Shown: in pieces, positions 54,557 to 64,000 of the stretch
Numbering within the stretch: the stretch's first letter is position 1
Layout: every line of letters begins with the position of its first letter
NCBI GenBank assembly: GCA_963782915.1
Contig: CAWALK010000022.1
Span: 256,001 to 320,000 of the forward strand
Length of the DNA: 64,000 nt
From: an uncultured archaeon
GTDB lineage: Archaea; Thermoproteota; Bathyarchaeia; Bathyarchaeales; Bathycorpusculaceae
Direction: 5' to 3'
Program-made: the position numbers and the translations under genes
Notes under the pieces: generated by a model
Told to the model about the DNA's origin: nothing
What the model saw: only the letters and a program-made list of their open reading frames with translations
Databases searched by the model: none

Positions 54557-54961
54557 ATGCATGAATGGGCGTTAGCTGAAGCAATCTTGGCGTCTGCAAG
54601 GCAAATTGCTGAGCAGGAGCATTTGAGCTCGGTTTCTGAAGTGACGATTAGGGTGGGGGAGCTTCAGCAGGCTGAGCCGCCGATTCTAAGGTTTGCACTC
54701 AAACAGATGAGTGAAGGCATCTTTAAGAGTGCTAAATTTCGGATTCTTAAGGCTAAATCCACACTCAAATGTCGAGTGTGCGGTACAGTTTGGGATTATA
54801 ACTCTAAAAAGCTCGATAAAGCCACGGCTGAGGCAATTCATTTTGTTCCCGAAGTCGCGCATACTTACATTAAGTGTCCTAAATGTGGCAGCCCTGACTT
54901 TGAAATCGCCAGCGGACGCGGAGTTTGGCTCGAGGACATAAAAGGAGTTAAAACTGAGTGA
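54557..54961 (+). CDS. hypA: Hydrogenase nickel chaperone HypA
   Basis: MHEWALA, GELQ, CRVC, HFVPE, CPKCGS, GRGV. Confidence 0.94.
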   Translation: MHEWALAEAILASARQIAEQEHLSSVSEVTIRVGELQQAEPPILRFALKQMSEGIFKSAKFRILKAKSTLKCRVCGTVWDYNSKKLDKATAEAIHFVPEVAHTYIKCPKCGSPDFEIASGRGVWLEDIKGVKTE

Positions 54962-55707
54962 TTGATCCCAGAACAAGCATAATTACTGAACGTTTAGCGC
55001 GGATAAGGCGAATAATCGCAGTTTCAAGCGGCAAAGGCGGCGTGGGCAAAAGCATGGTAGCAACCGCATTGGCGCTTTCACTTGCAAAAGAAGGCTGCAA
55101 AGTCGGTCTCTTCGACGTCGATTTTACGGGTCCCTCAACCCACATAATCTTGGGCGTACCCAACTCTGTGCAGCCAACAGAAGACAAGGGCATCGTCCCA
55201 GCCACCTTCGCGGGCTTAGAGTACATGTCACTGGTTTACTTTGTGGGTGATAAGGCTGCGCCTCTGCGTGGAGCAGACGTATCCAACGCCCTCATCGAGT
55301 TGCTCTCTGTTACCCAATGGGGGGAACTGGATTTTCTCATAATTGATATGCCGCCTGGCATCGGCGACGCCGTACTGGACATAGTGCGCCTTGTTAGCCG
55401 AATTGAATTCCTGATTATCACCACACCCTCGCTGTTGGCGTTTGAAGTAGTCAAAAAACAAGTCGAATTACTCTGCGAACTCAAAATGCCCATTGTCGGC
55501 GTAATCGAAAACATGAAAGACGACAACTCAGCCATCATCAAACATGAAACCAAAAGGTTGGGCTTAAAGTATCTGGGAGCAATCGGATACGACGCAAAAG
55601 TCGAATCCTCAATCGGCAACCCAACAAAACTGCTGCAAACAGTCATCGGCGAATCAATGGATCAAATCAAAAAAGCCGCCGTAATAGAAAAGGGCAACAG
55701 CAAATGA
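54958..55707 (+). CDS. Mrp/MinD-family ATPase, probable ATP-type HypB
   Basis: SGKGGVGKS, IDMPPGIGD, GVIENM; lacks the C-terminal CxxC of Mrp/Nbp35; overlaps hypA. Confidence 0.85.
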   Translation: MIDPRTSIITERLARIRRIIAVSSGKGGVGKSMVATALALSLAKEGCKVGLFDVDFTGPSTHIILGVPNSVQPTEDKGIVPATFAGLEYMSLVYFVGDKAAPLRGADVSNALIELLSVTQWGELDFLIIDMPPGIGDAVLDIVRLVSRIEFLIITTPSLLAFEVVKKQVELLCELKMPIVGVIENMKDDNSAIIKHETKRLGLKYLGAIGYDAKVESSIGNPTKLLQTVIGESMDQIKKAAVIEKGNSK

Positions 55708-56435
55708 ACTGCAAAGCAGTAATCTTCGACTACATCGGCACCCTCGTCAACTGCCGCGGCTACAGTATGGCTGATTCAGAAAACAACCTCTACAACTCAC
55801 TCGTTGCTTCTGGCTTCAATGTTGAAAAACGCGGTTTTCTGGACGCCTACAACGTCGCCCACAAGAAGTACCGCATCGTCCGCTATGAGCACTACCAAGA
55901 AGTCACAAACGCGGTTTGGGTCGCAGAAGCCCTCACCAGCCTCGGATACAAAGTGACGCCTCAGGATGAGCGGATTAAGGCTGGGCTTAACGTTTTCTTC
56001 CAAGACTTCATTGACACTTTGGAGTTGCGGGAAGGCGCCAAAGAAATTTTAACAGAAACAGCCCAACAGTACCGCATTGGATTGCTCAGTAACTTCACGT
56101 TTGGTCCAGTTATCCACGATAGCCTCAGAAAAGTCGACATAAACCGATTCTTTAACGCTATCATCGTGTCAGAGGAGATTGGTTGGCGTAAACCCAGTCC
56201 CGTTATTTTCCAAGATATGCTGCAGCGGCTGCAGGTGACGGCTGACGAGGCGGTTTTTATTGGAGATAGCCCGCTCGAGGATATTAAGGGCGCATTGGAT
56301 ATGGGGATTCGCACTGTGTTTGTGCCGTCGCAGTTTAACAGCCGAAAGGATTTAGCGGAGAGCAAGTTGGAGCCTGATTACTTGGTTGATGACTTGTTGA
56401 TGCTTTCCAGCAGATTAGCCGAAATAATAACGTGA
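55704..56435 (+). CDS. HAD family hydrolase
   Basis: IFDYIGTL, LSN, RKPSP, IGDSPLEDIKGA. Confidence 0.9.
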   Translation: MNCKAVIFDYIGTLVNCRGYSMADSENNLYNSLVASGFNVEKRGFLDAYNVAHKKYRIVRYEHYQEVTNAVWVAEALTSLGYKVTPQDERIKAGLNVFFQDFIDTLELREGAKEILTETAQQYRIGLLSNFTFGPVIHDSLRKVDINRFFNAIIVSEEIGWRKPSPVIFQDMLQRLQVTADEAVFIGDSPLEDIKGALDMGIRTVFVPSQFNSRKDLAESKLEPDYLVDDLLMLSSRLAEIIT

Positions 56436-56502
56436 TAATCGCTGTTCAGTTTGTAGAACTGCCAAAACCATTTAAGCAGATTGTGTCTTATGGGTTTTAT
56501 AG

Positions 56503-57063
56503 GTGAATTATATTTCAAACGATACACAGGTACGGTTTGGGCACAAACAGCTTGCTGCGGTCTTAGTTACTGCTATAGTTGTTATCTTAATTGTGTCATT
56601 GTCGTTTAGTGGCTTGTTTGCTGCAATCCCAAATCAGTCCCCCGAGTCTACTCCAACCCCAACACCCACCACAACCATAACGCCTCTGTCGCCTACTCCG
56701 ACGGCAACCCCAGTCCCGACCCAAACAGCAACACCAAACCCAACCCGAATGCCAGTCCCAATAGATTTCACTTGCGGAGCATTTTCAGTAACTGTGGGAG
56801 TGGACTTGAATGATGGAATGGATAATGCGGAAGCAATCGCCGTTGCCACCGCTATCTTCGATCATGAGTTGCCCAATGCAGCGCATGAAGTCAAATCGGC
56901 ACAGGCAACTAGTAATGAAGTTTGGCAGGTAGGTTTCAACTGGGAGCTTAGTTCGTCGGCGACTCTGCCAAATGGAACAGCCGTTGAACTAAAACTTGGG
57001 CACGTCTTTGATGTAACTATATATGCGCAAAATAGAACGGTAACATACACTCGTTGCATGTAA
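56503..57063 (+). CDS. Membrane-anchored protein with PT linker and PepSY-like C-terminal domain
   Basis: N-terminal TM, PTPTPT tract, AEAIAVA..VWQVGF. Confidence 0.75.
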   Translation: MNYISNDTQVRFGHKQLAAVLVTAIVVILIVSLSFSGLFAAIPNQSPESTPTPTPTTTITPLSPTPTATPVPTQTATPNPTRMPVPIDFTCGAFSVTVGVDLNDGMDNAEAIAVATAIFDHELPNAAHEVKSAQATSNEVWQVGFNWELSSSATLPNGTAVELKLGHVFDVTIYAQNRTVTYTRCM

Positions 57064-57094
57064 GCGCTCTTTGATTAGCAGCTTCTGCTTCTAT

Positions 57095-57325
57095 GCTGCT
57101 TCATATAAGGGGAGGGGGGTCAGTGCAGAGCAACAAACTCACGCTACAGTTTTCAGAACTGGGTACTCGGGGCAGTTGCCTAGTAGCCAAAGATGCCTGC
57201 CAGCAGTCGCATAAAAAAATCGTTTACCAACCAACAAACGCCCACTTCAACCTTGTTTTTGTCTGCACTTGTTGAGCCTATAAATAAGGGAGGGGGTAGA
57301 GAGAAAAACGCAACAGAGCACTAAC
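57095..57325 (+). repeat. Dispersed repeat family A, copy 1 (MITE-like or ncRNA)
   Basis: Colinear with 63489-63721; right end TAAATAAGGGAGGGGGTA at 57281-57298. Confidence 0.8.
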
Positions 57326-57412
57326 CCCCAATCGCTGAAAAAGCTGTCTTTGACGACAAAACTTAATTATTAATTGCAATGTATGAGAAGCCATTAACAG
57401 GTGAAACTGTAA

Positions 57413-58066
57413 GTGAATGCTATTATCTTTGGAGCGCCAGGTGCGGGAAAAGGCACGTATTCCACGCGTATGCAAAAGCAACTTGGCGTTGACGTCATTG
57501 CCATGGGAGATATCTTCCGTGAATCCGTAAAACAAAACAGTGAACTGGGCAAAAAAGTCAAAAGCTACGTCGAAAAAGGCGCATTAGTCCCAGACGAAGT
57601 CGTTGTCGAAGTCCTCAAAGACCGCCTAAGCAAAGTTCCAAAAGACAAAGGCTTCCTCCTAGACGGTTTCCCACGCACCATCGCCCAAGCAGACACACTT
57701 GAGAAAATCACCAAAATCGACGTTATCTTAATGCTAGACGTCCCAGACCAGATCATCATCCAACGCCTCACCTCAAGACGACTCTGCAAAAACTGCGGCA
57801 CAGTCTACAACATCCGATTCCTAAAACCCAAAGTCGAAGGCAAATGCGACAAATGCGGTGGAGAACTCTACCAACGCGCAGACGACAACGAAGAAGTCAT
57901 CAAAAACCGCCTCAACGTCTACAAAACACAAACTGAACCAGTCGTTGCTTACTACAAGAAAAAGAACATACCCTTCATCGTAAACGTAACCACATCCATC
58001 GATCAACAACCAGAACCGATGGTTGAACACATGATGGCTGAGTTAAAGAAACTAAAACTCGCCTAA
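57413..58066 (+). CDS. adk: Adenylate kinase (Zn-lid type)
   Basis: GAPGAGKGT, LDGFPRT, CKNC..CDKC, QRADD. Confidence 0.96.
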   Translation: MNAIIFGAPGAGKGTYSTRMQKQLGVDVIAMGDIFRESVKQNSELGKKVKSYVEKGALVPDEVVVEVLKDRLSKVPKDKGFLLDGFPRTIAQADTLEKITKIDVILMLDVPDQIIIQRLTSRRLCKNCGTVYNIRFLKPKVEGKCDKCGGELYQRADDNEEVIKNRLNVYKTQTEPVVAYYKKKNIPFIVNVTTSIDQQPEPMVEHMMAELKKLKLA

Positions 58067-58105
58067 ACCAGAAAAAAGAAAATTTCTTTTCTTTTATCTT
58101 TTTTG

Positions 58106-58575
58106 TTAAATATCGAGGATGAATTCGAGAGTTACACTTTCAGGTTCACGGATAACAACCATCAAATGGTAAGTTATCGCTTTCACCCCGACTTTCTGCG
58201 GATGCTTTTTTGGGATCAAATTTTTCACCCCAAATCTTCGCTTCAAACTTGAAAGATTCAGGGGTTTCTCGGAAATTCTCGATTAAGAATTTGCTGTAGA
58301 GCATGCCTTGTGTTTCAGATTTTACCAGTAACGCTTCGAGCCAATTGTAGAGTAAGGCGTATTGGTCTTCGGCTTCAACCTCAAATGATTCCTCAACTGT
58401 TTGGGCGACTTTGCTGGTGTCAGTCATAGTCTCAAACATCGCTAAGGCAGCGTTTTCGTAGGCATCCCACATTTTTTGACCGAATGCCCTTACATAGACG
58501 TCTGCGGTGTGTTCTAGAAACTCGAATTTTCCAGCGAATTTATCAGGCTTCTGCGGCTTTGCTGTGTTTGCTCAT
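58106..58575 (-). CDS. Archease (frameshift near 58205)
   Basis: FEFLEHTADVYVRAFG, LLYNWLEALL, shifted VKAITYH..FILDI*. Confidence 0.92.
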
Positions 58576-58650
58576 GCTTACTCACTTAATCAATGAATAG
58601 GAGAAGGGTGGAATAAAAAACAGTTTCCCCCAAAAGACAACAAAAAAGGG

Positions 58651-59052
58651 TTAAGGCGCTTCAAGCGCTATGTATGCTTCGATTACTGACTCGACTAGCG
58701 CTGTACAAGCTTTTTTGTTTGCCTTAAGCTCTTTGCACAGGACACATCCATGTTGCTGCTCGAATTGGCGGTAAAGTTTTTGCGTATACTTGTTGGCTTG
58801 GGCACGTTTTTTGGGGTCAGCATCGTTTGAACCATATTCTATACCGACTGCCATGACACCTCCGATTAGGGCGCCGCAGACTGAACCGCATCCGCCCATG
58901 CCGCTGCCGAATCCAGCCGCGATTTTTGGAATAACCTCATTTTTGCTGTCTGGGCTAATGTGCTCAGCGAGTGCTAAGAGTACGCTTTGTGCACAGTTGT
59001 AGCCGCCTTTGAAGTTGGCGAGGGCTTTTTGGCTGAGCAACTCAGTGGACAT
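58651..59052 (-). CDS. C_GCAxxG_C_C family putative redox protein
   Basis: YNCAQSV, GFGSGMG, VCGALIGG, LCKEL. Confidence 0.9.
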   Translation of the reverse strand: MSTELLSQKALANFKGGYNCAQSVLLALAEHISPDSKNEVIPKIAAGFGSGMGGCGSVCGALIGGVMAVGIEYGSNDADPKKRAQANKYTQKLYRQFEQQHGCVLCKELKANKKACTALVESVIEAYIALEAP

Positions 59053-59064
59053 GGCTGGGTTTCC

Positions 59065-60108
59065 TTAGAAGTGTTTGGTTGCTTTTTGGATGGCTGCTGC
59101 TGCAAGTTTTGCGGAGTTTTCGATGTCTACTAGGTTGAGGATGCCGACTGGGCTGTGGATGTAGCGTGTGGGAATCGAGATGGTTCCGCTTGGGATACCC
59201 TGGCGTGTTAGGCTGATGCGTGCTGCATCGGTGCTGCCAAGTAAGCCAGATTCGAGTTGGATAGGAATGTTTTCTTCAGCGGCGGTATCCAGTATCCAAC
59301 GCATAATTTTTGGATGAGTAATAACCCCTGAATCAGAAACAGTCAATGAAGGTCCCTTGCCCATTTTGACGCTTGTGTCATATTCTCTTACGCCTGGAAC
59401 ATCACCTGCAATGGTAACATCCAATGCTAATGCAAGGTCTGGGTCAACGCTAAAAGCAGCAGTTCCTGCACCACGCAAACCCACCTCTTCCTGCACAGTG
59501 CCAACCGCGTAAACGGTGCAGTCAACGTCTTTGAGCAGCTTCATGGTTTCAACCATAGCGGCGCATCCAGCGCGGTTATCGAATGCTTTGCCCATCACGT
59601 TCTCTTTAGATAATTTAGTGTACTGCACGTCAAATGCGATAGCGTCGCCAATTGCTACACCCATATTGACTGCATCTTCTTTGCTTTCGGCGCCAATGTC
59701 AATGAAGAGGTCGTCGTAAGCCATAATTTTTTTGCGCTCCTCCTCTTTTTGAATATGCGGAGGTTTAGAGCCAACTGTACCTGGATAAGCGTCTTTTTTA
59801 GTGTAGACAACGACTTTTTGTGCGGCTAGGATGCGGTCGTCGATTCCGCCGAGTTTGCTGAATTGGAGAAAACCGTCTTTTGTGATGGTTTTAACCATTA
59901 AACCCACTTCGTCCATATGAGCTGCTAGCATGATTTTTGGTGCGTTTGGTTTACCTTTTTTGGTGGCTATGATGTTTTCCATTCTGTCAATTTGGATTTC
60001 GTCTGTGTAGGGTTTTAACATCTCGCCTAAGAGTTCACGGACTTTGTTTTCTCTGCCCGTTACTCCGCAGGCGTTTGAAAGTTTCTCCAGATTCTGGTTT
60101 AGTGACAA
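59065..60108 (-). CDS. M42 family aminopeptidase
   Basis: AAHMDEVG, KAFDNRAG, VQEEVGLRGA, RYIHSP. Confidence 0.95.
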   Translation of the reverse strand: MSLNQNLEKLSNACGVTGRENKVRELLGEMLKPYTDEIQIDRMENIIATKKGKPNAPKIMLAAHMDEVGLMVKTITKDGFLQFSKLGGIDDRILAAQKVVVYTKKDAYPGTVGSKPPHIQKEEERKKIMAYDDLFIDIGAESKEDAVNMGVAIGDAIAFDVQYTKLSKENVMGKAFDNRAGCAAMVETMKLLKDVDCTVYAVGTVQEEVGLRGAGTAAFSVDPDLALALDVTIAGDVPGVREYDTSVKMGKGPSLTVSDSGVITHPKIMRWILDTAAEENIPIQLESGLLGSTDAARISLTRQGIPSGTISIPTRYIHSPVGILNLVDIENSAKLAAAAIQKATKHF

Positions 60109-60175
60109 GTATAGTGTGCCTTCTAGTTTTTGTTGGATAGAAGCTTGAGGCAGTTGGTTATTAAACGGTTGCGGT

Positions 60176-60451
60176 TTATGGGTTTTCGGTTGGCGGCGCT
60201 ACTGGCGGCGTTTCGGGCGGTTCAGTGTATGGCGTGTAGGGTCTTGTGGGTGGTGCTTGTCGGCGGTTTGTATCCATGTAATCTACAACCAGCAGTATGC
60301 CTTGTATGATTAGGAATATACCGATTATGTAACCTACAAGCGCGGGGAAAATCAGCAACAGGATACCGAAGATTATGCAAATTATTGCTAGAACTGGTCG
60401 TGAAACTGATATGCCTGCTTTTTTTAATCCTTTATCGAGTACGTCTGCCAA
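60176..60451 (-). CDS. Small membrane protein (DUF3096-like) with Pro-rich tail
   Basis: IIFGILLLIFPALVGYIIGIFLIIQG. Confidence 0.75.
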   Translation of the reverse strand: MADVLDKGLKKAGISVSRPVLAIICIIFGILLLIFPALVGYIIGIFLIIQGILLVVDYMDTNRRQAPPTRPYTPYTEPPETPPVAPPTENP

Positions 60452-60590
60452 AAAGGGTTTCTCCTGCTAGGAACTTTTTGGTTCTGGATATTTTAAGGTT
60501 GGTTAGAAGCGGTTGATTCAGAAATACTGCTGAGTAAGGTTAAAAATGAAAAAAGTTGGTTTCCCAAAAAGACGTTTATCGCTTTTTGGT

Positions 60591-61142
60591 TTAGTTTAGT
60601 TGTCTGCCGCAGTTGGGGCAGAAGCGTACGCCTGGTTGCACTTGGGTTCCGCATTGTGGGCATGTGGTTGCCATTGGCTGCTGGTATGCTGCTGGTTGTG
60701 GTGGTGGTCCATAGTATGGTTGCTGTGGTGCATATTGTTTTGGTGCTCCTGCGGGTATTGGTTTGTAGGTTAATGCAAGGATGCCGCCGATGAAGCCCAG
60801 TATTGTGCCTAAAGATATCCGATGATGTGAGAAGATGAGGATGAGTAGACCCCATTTGGCGTGTTCTAGTGGGTTTGCTTTGAGTTTCTTTGCGAACATT
60901 AAGACGAGTATTGAGGATATGAGGCCCCATACGCCGATTCCGAAGTAAAGTGCCATTGCTGAGTCGACAGCGCTGCAGTGTAGTCATAGTAATAGCTGTA
61001 AGCAGTTAGAGTCTAATGAGTGAGTGCAAGAAGCGAGTGCGCCAAGTGCGAAAAGTCCAAGTGATATTAGTATGCCGAGTATGCTGCCGATTATTGATAG
61101 CCAGTATGCTGCTGATGGTTGGTTTTGAACTTGATTTGACAT
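60591..61142 (-). CDS. Membrane protein with C-terminal double Zn-ribbon (frameshifted)
   Basis: Start MSNQVQNQPSAAYWLSIIG at 61142; CPQCG..RFCPNCG end. Confidence 0.75.
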
Positions 61143-61237
61143 TTTTCTCCCTTAACTCCAGATGACGCTATTGTCTTGCGTAAGATGTATAAAAAATTTG
61201 TTAGCGCTAACATGCCTGAATAGGGCAATTTGGAGTG

Positions 61238-61706
61238 TTACTGTGGTTTCTTATATGCGCGGGCTTTTTTCTTTATCCAAAACCAAGTAACTATCAGTGC
61301 AACTATTAGAACGACAACAACGAACAGAATTATGCCCACAATAGATGAGACGGGGAACCCAACGAAGTTGCGTTCAGCAACAGCAGTTGCGGATTGTCCA
61401 TCAGAATCGAAGGCGACTGCTTTGATGCTATGAGTTCCCTCCGTGAAGTTAGCGGTATCGAAGTTCCAACTGAATGGTGCCGAAGTGTCGTTGACTTCAA
61501 GTTGATTATCTACGTAGAATTCTACGTCGAGTTACGTTTTGGGAGACTTGAGCGGTGATAGTCCATTCTCCGCTGATGTCGTTTCCCATACCGTAACCAT
61601 TGTTTTTATACCAACTTAAACTTAAAGTTGGTGTGGCATAAGCGCTAGCAACTGAACAAGCCATAACTATTAGGAAACAGGTGACTGCTAATCCTTTAAC
61701 GTGCAT
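61238..61706 (-). CDS. Secreted Ig-like domain protein with C-terminal TM (frameshift near 61530)
   Basis: Signal peptide; VEFYVDNQL..APFSWNFDTANFTEGTHSIKAVAFD; TM and basic tail. Confidence 0.8.
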
Positions 61707-61862
61707 CTAATGCTACCTCGTTTTAGAGAAAACAATAATCCAATTATATAAAGGCTGATGGCAGTTGGGGCATAGTTGAGTAATGCAAAGGCTTTGTTGG
61801 CAACAATAATTTTATAAGACCACTACAGGGTTGATGGTGGCTGTATTGGAGTTTCTGGTGTC

Positions 61863-62537
61863 GTGAAAAGCTTCAAACGTATCTTAGTCGTCGGTGAAGA
61901 GAACATCTTTGGGGAATTATCCCAAATCATAGTTATTGCAGCGGAAGCCAACACGATACTATACAACATGCTTAGTGACTGCAAAAACGAGAAATGCCTC
62001 GACACAGGCATGCAGGCTATACGTGTTTTAGAGGATAAATCGGATAAAATCGCATTCAAAGTAAACGAGGACATTACTACAGGTGCGGTTAGCCCCAACA
62101 TACTGGAGCATCTGCTGGAATGTGTCCACGTCGCTGACGACATCGTTGACACTTACTATTATCAGAGCCGCGAAATGAGTCGAATGTATAAAGCTAAATT
62201 CCCCTACTCCGAAGACATCCAAGACGCCGAATGGATTGCCATCTTCAAGAGCATGCTGGATTTAGCTGAAAAAGCACTTGTTAAAGTGAAGCAGACACTG
62301 CTGATTTCTGATTTAAGCGAAGTTTTGCAGTTGCGCAAAGAGATTGAGGCGCTTGAGCAACAGGGTGACGAAATTAAAGACAGAGGCTTCGACGTTCTCT
62401 ACCATGAAGCTCCACAAATGCATTACCTACAGTTCTACCATTACAGCGAGTTATTGCACAAGTTCGATGACATTTTGGATGGCTGTGAAGACCTCTCGGA
62501 TTTGGTACTTTCAGTAATTACTTCGATACTTAAGTGA
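61863..62537 (+). CDS. DUF47/PhoU-like phosphate transport regulator
   Basis: LEDKSDKI, DDIVD, LEQQGDEI, DDILDGCEDLSD; directly upstream of pit. Confidence 0.88.
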   Translation: MKSFKRILVVGEENIFGELSQIIVIAAEANTILYNMLSDCKNEKCLDTGMQAIRVLEDKSDKIAFKVNEDITTGAVSPNILEHLLECVHVADDIVDTYYYQSREMSRMYKAKFPYSEDIQDAEWIAIFKSMLDLAEKALVKVKQTLLISDLSEVLQLRKEIEALEQQGDEIKDRGFDVLYHEAPQMHYLQFYHYSELLHKFDDILDGCEDLSDLVLSVITSILK

Positions 62538-62544
62538 GTCAAAG

Positions 62545-63456
62545 TTGATTTTCGAAGTTTTATTGGTTGTTTTGGTTTTCTTGGCTGTGGCTTTGGTTGC
62601 GGGCAACAACCTTTCAGCCTGCGTTGGACCAGCCGTCGGCGCAAGAATTCTCACCAAACGCACTGGCGCATTTCTCGGAGCCGCAGGTTTTGCTACTGGG
62701 TTGCTTGTGCAAGGTTGGGGCATGGCTACCTCCATAAACAATCTTATGCCAAACGCTTCAATGGGACTTCAAGCCGAAGTGTTGGCGGTGGCTATTGCCA
62801 TCTTTTTTGTTGCTCTCTTAGCAAGGGTTCCCATGTCTTTGAGTATGTCGCTTGTGGGGTTGCTTGCAGGTGTCTCACTTGCCAACGGTTTAACCTCGCA
62901 GGTGCCATACATGACTGAGGTAGTCGCTATGTGGTTTATAGCGCCCGCTGTAGCGGCGGTTGTCGCGTTTTATCTTATCCGATTCATCAATAGCCGTAAA
63001 GCTAAAAATATCTGGGGCAGAATCCGCTTCTACAAAGCCCTACTTATCATACTGGCATTTACGACTGCATATGGTTTAGGCGCCAACACATTGGGTTTGA
63101 TTGTAGCGACAGGCGGTTTCAGTTATGCAACAGTAGCTGCGGCGGTAGTAGCGATTTTTGTTGGCTCATTCTTTTTGGGTGCAGGCGCGATTAGGCGGGT
63201 GGGCGAAGAATTCTACCTCATGCGCTACTCAAACGCTACAGTCGCGTTGGCTGCCTCCACGATTCTGGTTATAGCGGCTTCTTTTCTAAATATTCCATTA
63301 TCGAATACGCAGACCACTACAGCAGCAGTCTTCGGCGCAGGCATGTCCTACAAATCAAAATTCCTATCCCTAAAACCCTACCTGACCATTGTCGTTAGCT
63401 GGGTAGTGGCGCCGCTGCTAAGCTTCACCATAGGCTACTTCCTGATAAGCGCATAG
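62545..63456 (+). CDS. pit: PiT family inorganic phosphate transporter
   Basis: AGNNLSACVGPAVGA, VPMSLS, GANTLG, IPLSNTQ. Confidence 0.88.
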   Translation: MIFEVLLVVLVFLAVALVAGNNLSACVGPAVGARILTKRTGAFLGAAGFATGLLVQGWGMATSINNLMPNASMGLQAEVLAVAIAIFFVALLARVPMSLSMSLVGLLAGVSLANGLTSQVPYMTEVVAMWFIAPAVAAVVAFYLIRFINSRKAKNIWGRIRFYKALLIILAFTTAYGLGANTLGLIVATGGFSYATVAAAVVAIFVGSFFLGAGAIRRVGEEFYLMRYSNATVALAASTILVIAASFLNIPLSNTQTTTAAVFGAGMSYKSKFLSLKPYLTIVVSWVVAPLLSFTIGYFLISA

Positions 63457-63488
63457 CACCTATCAAGTCGTGCTTGCTTTGCGGTAGG

Positions 63489-63721
63489 TACCCTCTCCCT
63501 TATTTAAGGGGAGGGGGGTCCGCCGAGAGCAATAAACCTATCCTACACCTAAACCGCTGGACGCTCGGCACAACTGTCTATCAACCAAAGATGCCAGATA
63601 GCAACCGTATCAAAAAAGCCGCCGACAACCAACTAACGCCCACTTCTGCCTTGTTTTCCTCTGCATCCGTTGAGCCTATAAATAGAGGGGGGTATAGAGA
63701 AAAATCGCAAGTAGACCTAAC
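63489..63721 (+). repeat. Dispersed repeat family A, copy 2, with inverted ends
   Basis: Left TACCCTCTCCCTTATTTA (63489-63506), right TAAATAGAGGGGGGTA (63679-63694); interior homologous to 57105-57325. Confidence 0.8.
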
Positions 63722-63744
63722 TGGTCAGTGTTGAGGTTTTTTCA

Positions 63745-63855
63745 CTGCTTGCAGAATCGGCTGGAATCAGCCTGCGACCCAAACCAGACACCGCGCTAAA
63801 AAGCAACCATTAGCACAACCCATGGGTTGTTGTTGAAACAAGTGGGCTTCTCACA
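63745..63855 (+). repeat. Divergent copy 4 of repeat family B
   Basis: TGCTTGCAGAATC and GGTTGTTGTTG shared with the reverse complement of copy 1; CCTGC.ACC.AAACCAGAC shared with copy 2. Confidence 0.55.
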
Positions 63856-63905
63856 AATTCTGAAATTAAAAAAAGAAAATGATAACCAAAAAATAAAGGT
63901 GAAAA

Positions 63906-64000
63906 TTATTTAGAGCCGACTAATTCTTCAACTTCTTTTTTGCCAGCCTCATTTTCAACAACTTGCTCTTTATCATTCATGAGAAGCAGCGTCTGGAACT
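63906..64000 (-). CDS. 3' end of an unidentified gene truncated by the window edge
   Basis: Open frame FQTLLLMNDKEQVVENEAGKKEVEELVGSK*. Confidence 0.55.
   Translation of the reverse strand, partial: FQTLLLMNDKEQVVENEAGKKEVEELVGSK

Overview
Archaeal chromosome segment. The MCM, GINS, RFC, Rpo12, Taw1, archease, translin and Trm112 genes and overall protein style suggest Bathyarchaeia (inference). About 20 genes, including essential ones, are split by 1-nt indels, most likely long-read assembly errors. Content: replication genes, gdhA, a two-component/TrmB signalling block, hicBA beside tRNA-Leu(GAG), a cys/met biosynthesis cluster, guaA and nucleotide-sugar genes, tRNA-modification and repair genes, an alpha-glucan cluster, tldD/pmbA, hypA with ATP-type hypB, adk, an M42 peptidase and pit. 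The strongest novel signal is at 8.9-12.7 kb. A perfect palindrome (TGTAAACA-N6-TGTTTACA) precedes an HTH regulator that the ORF track misses because of a frameshift. A tightly coupled array of six membrane-protein genes follows; five share only an N-terminal RGW(F/L/Y)P(Q/K)(E/D) motif. Also seen: a four-copy TATAAC-N3-GTTATA operator across the cys/met cluster, two dispersed intergenic repeat families (one with inverted ends), a decayed tRNA-Leu att duplication bracketing hicBA, and a probable catalytically dead nucleotide-sugar dehydrogenase.
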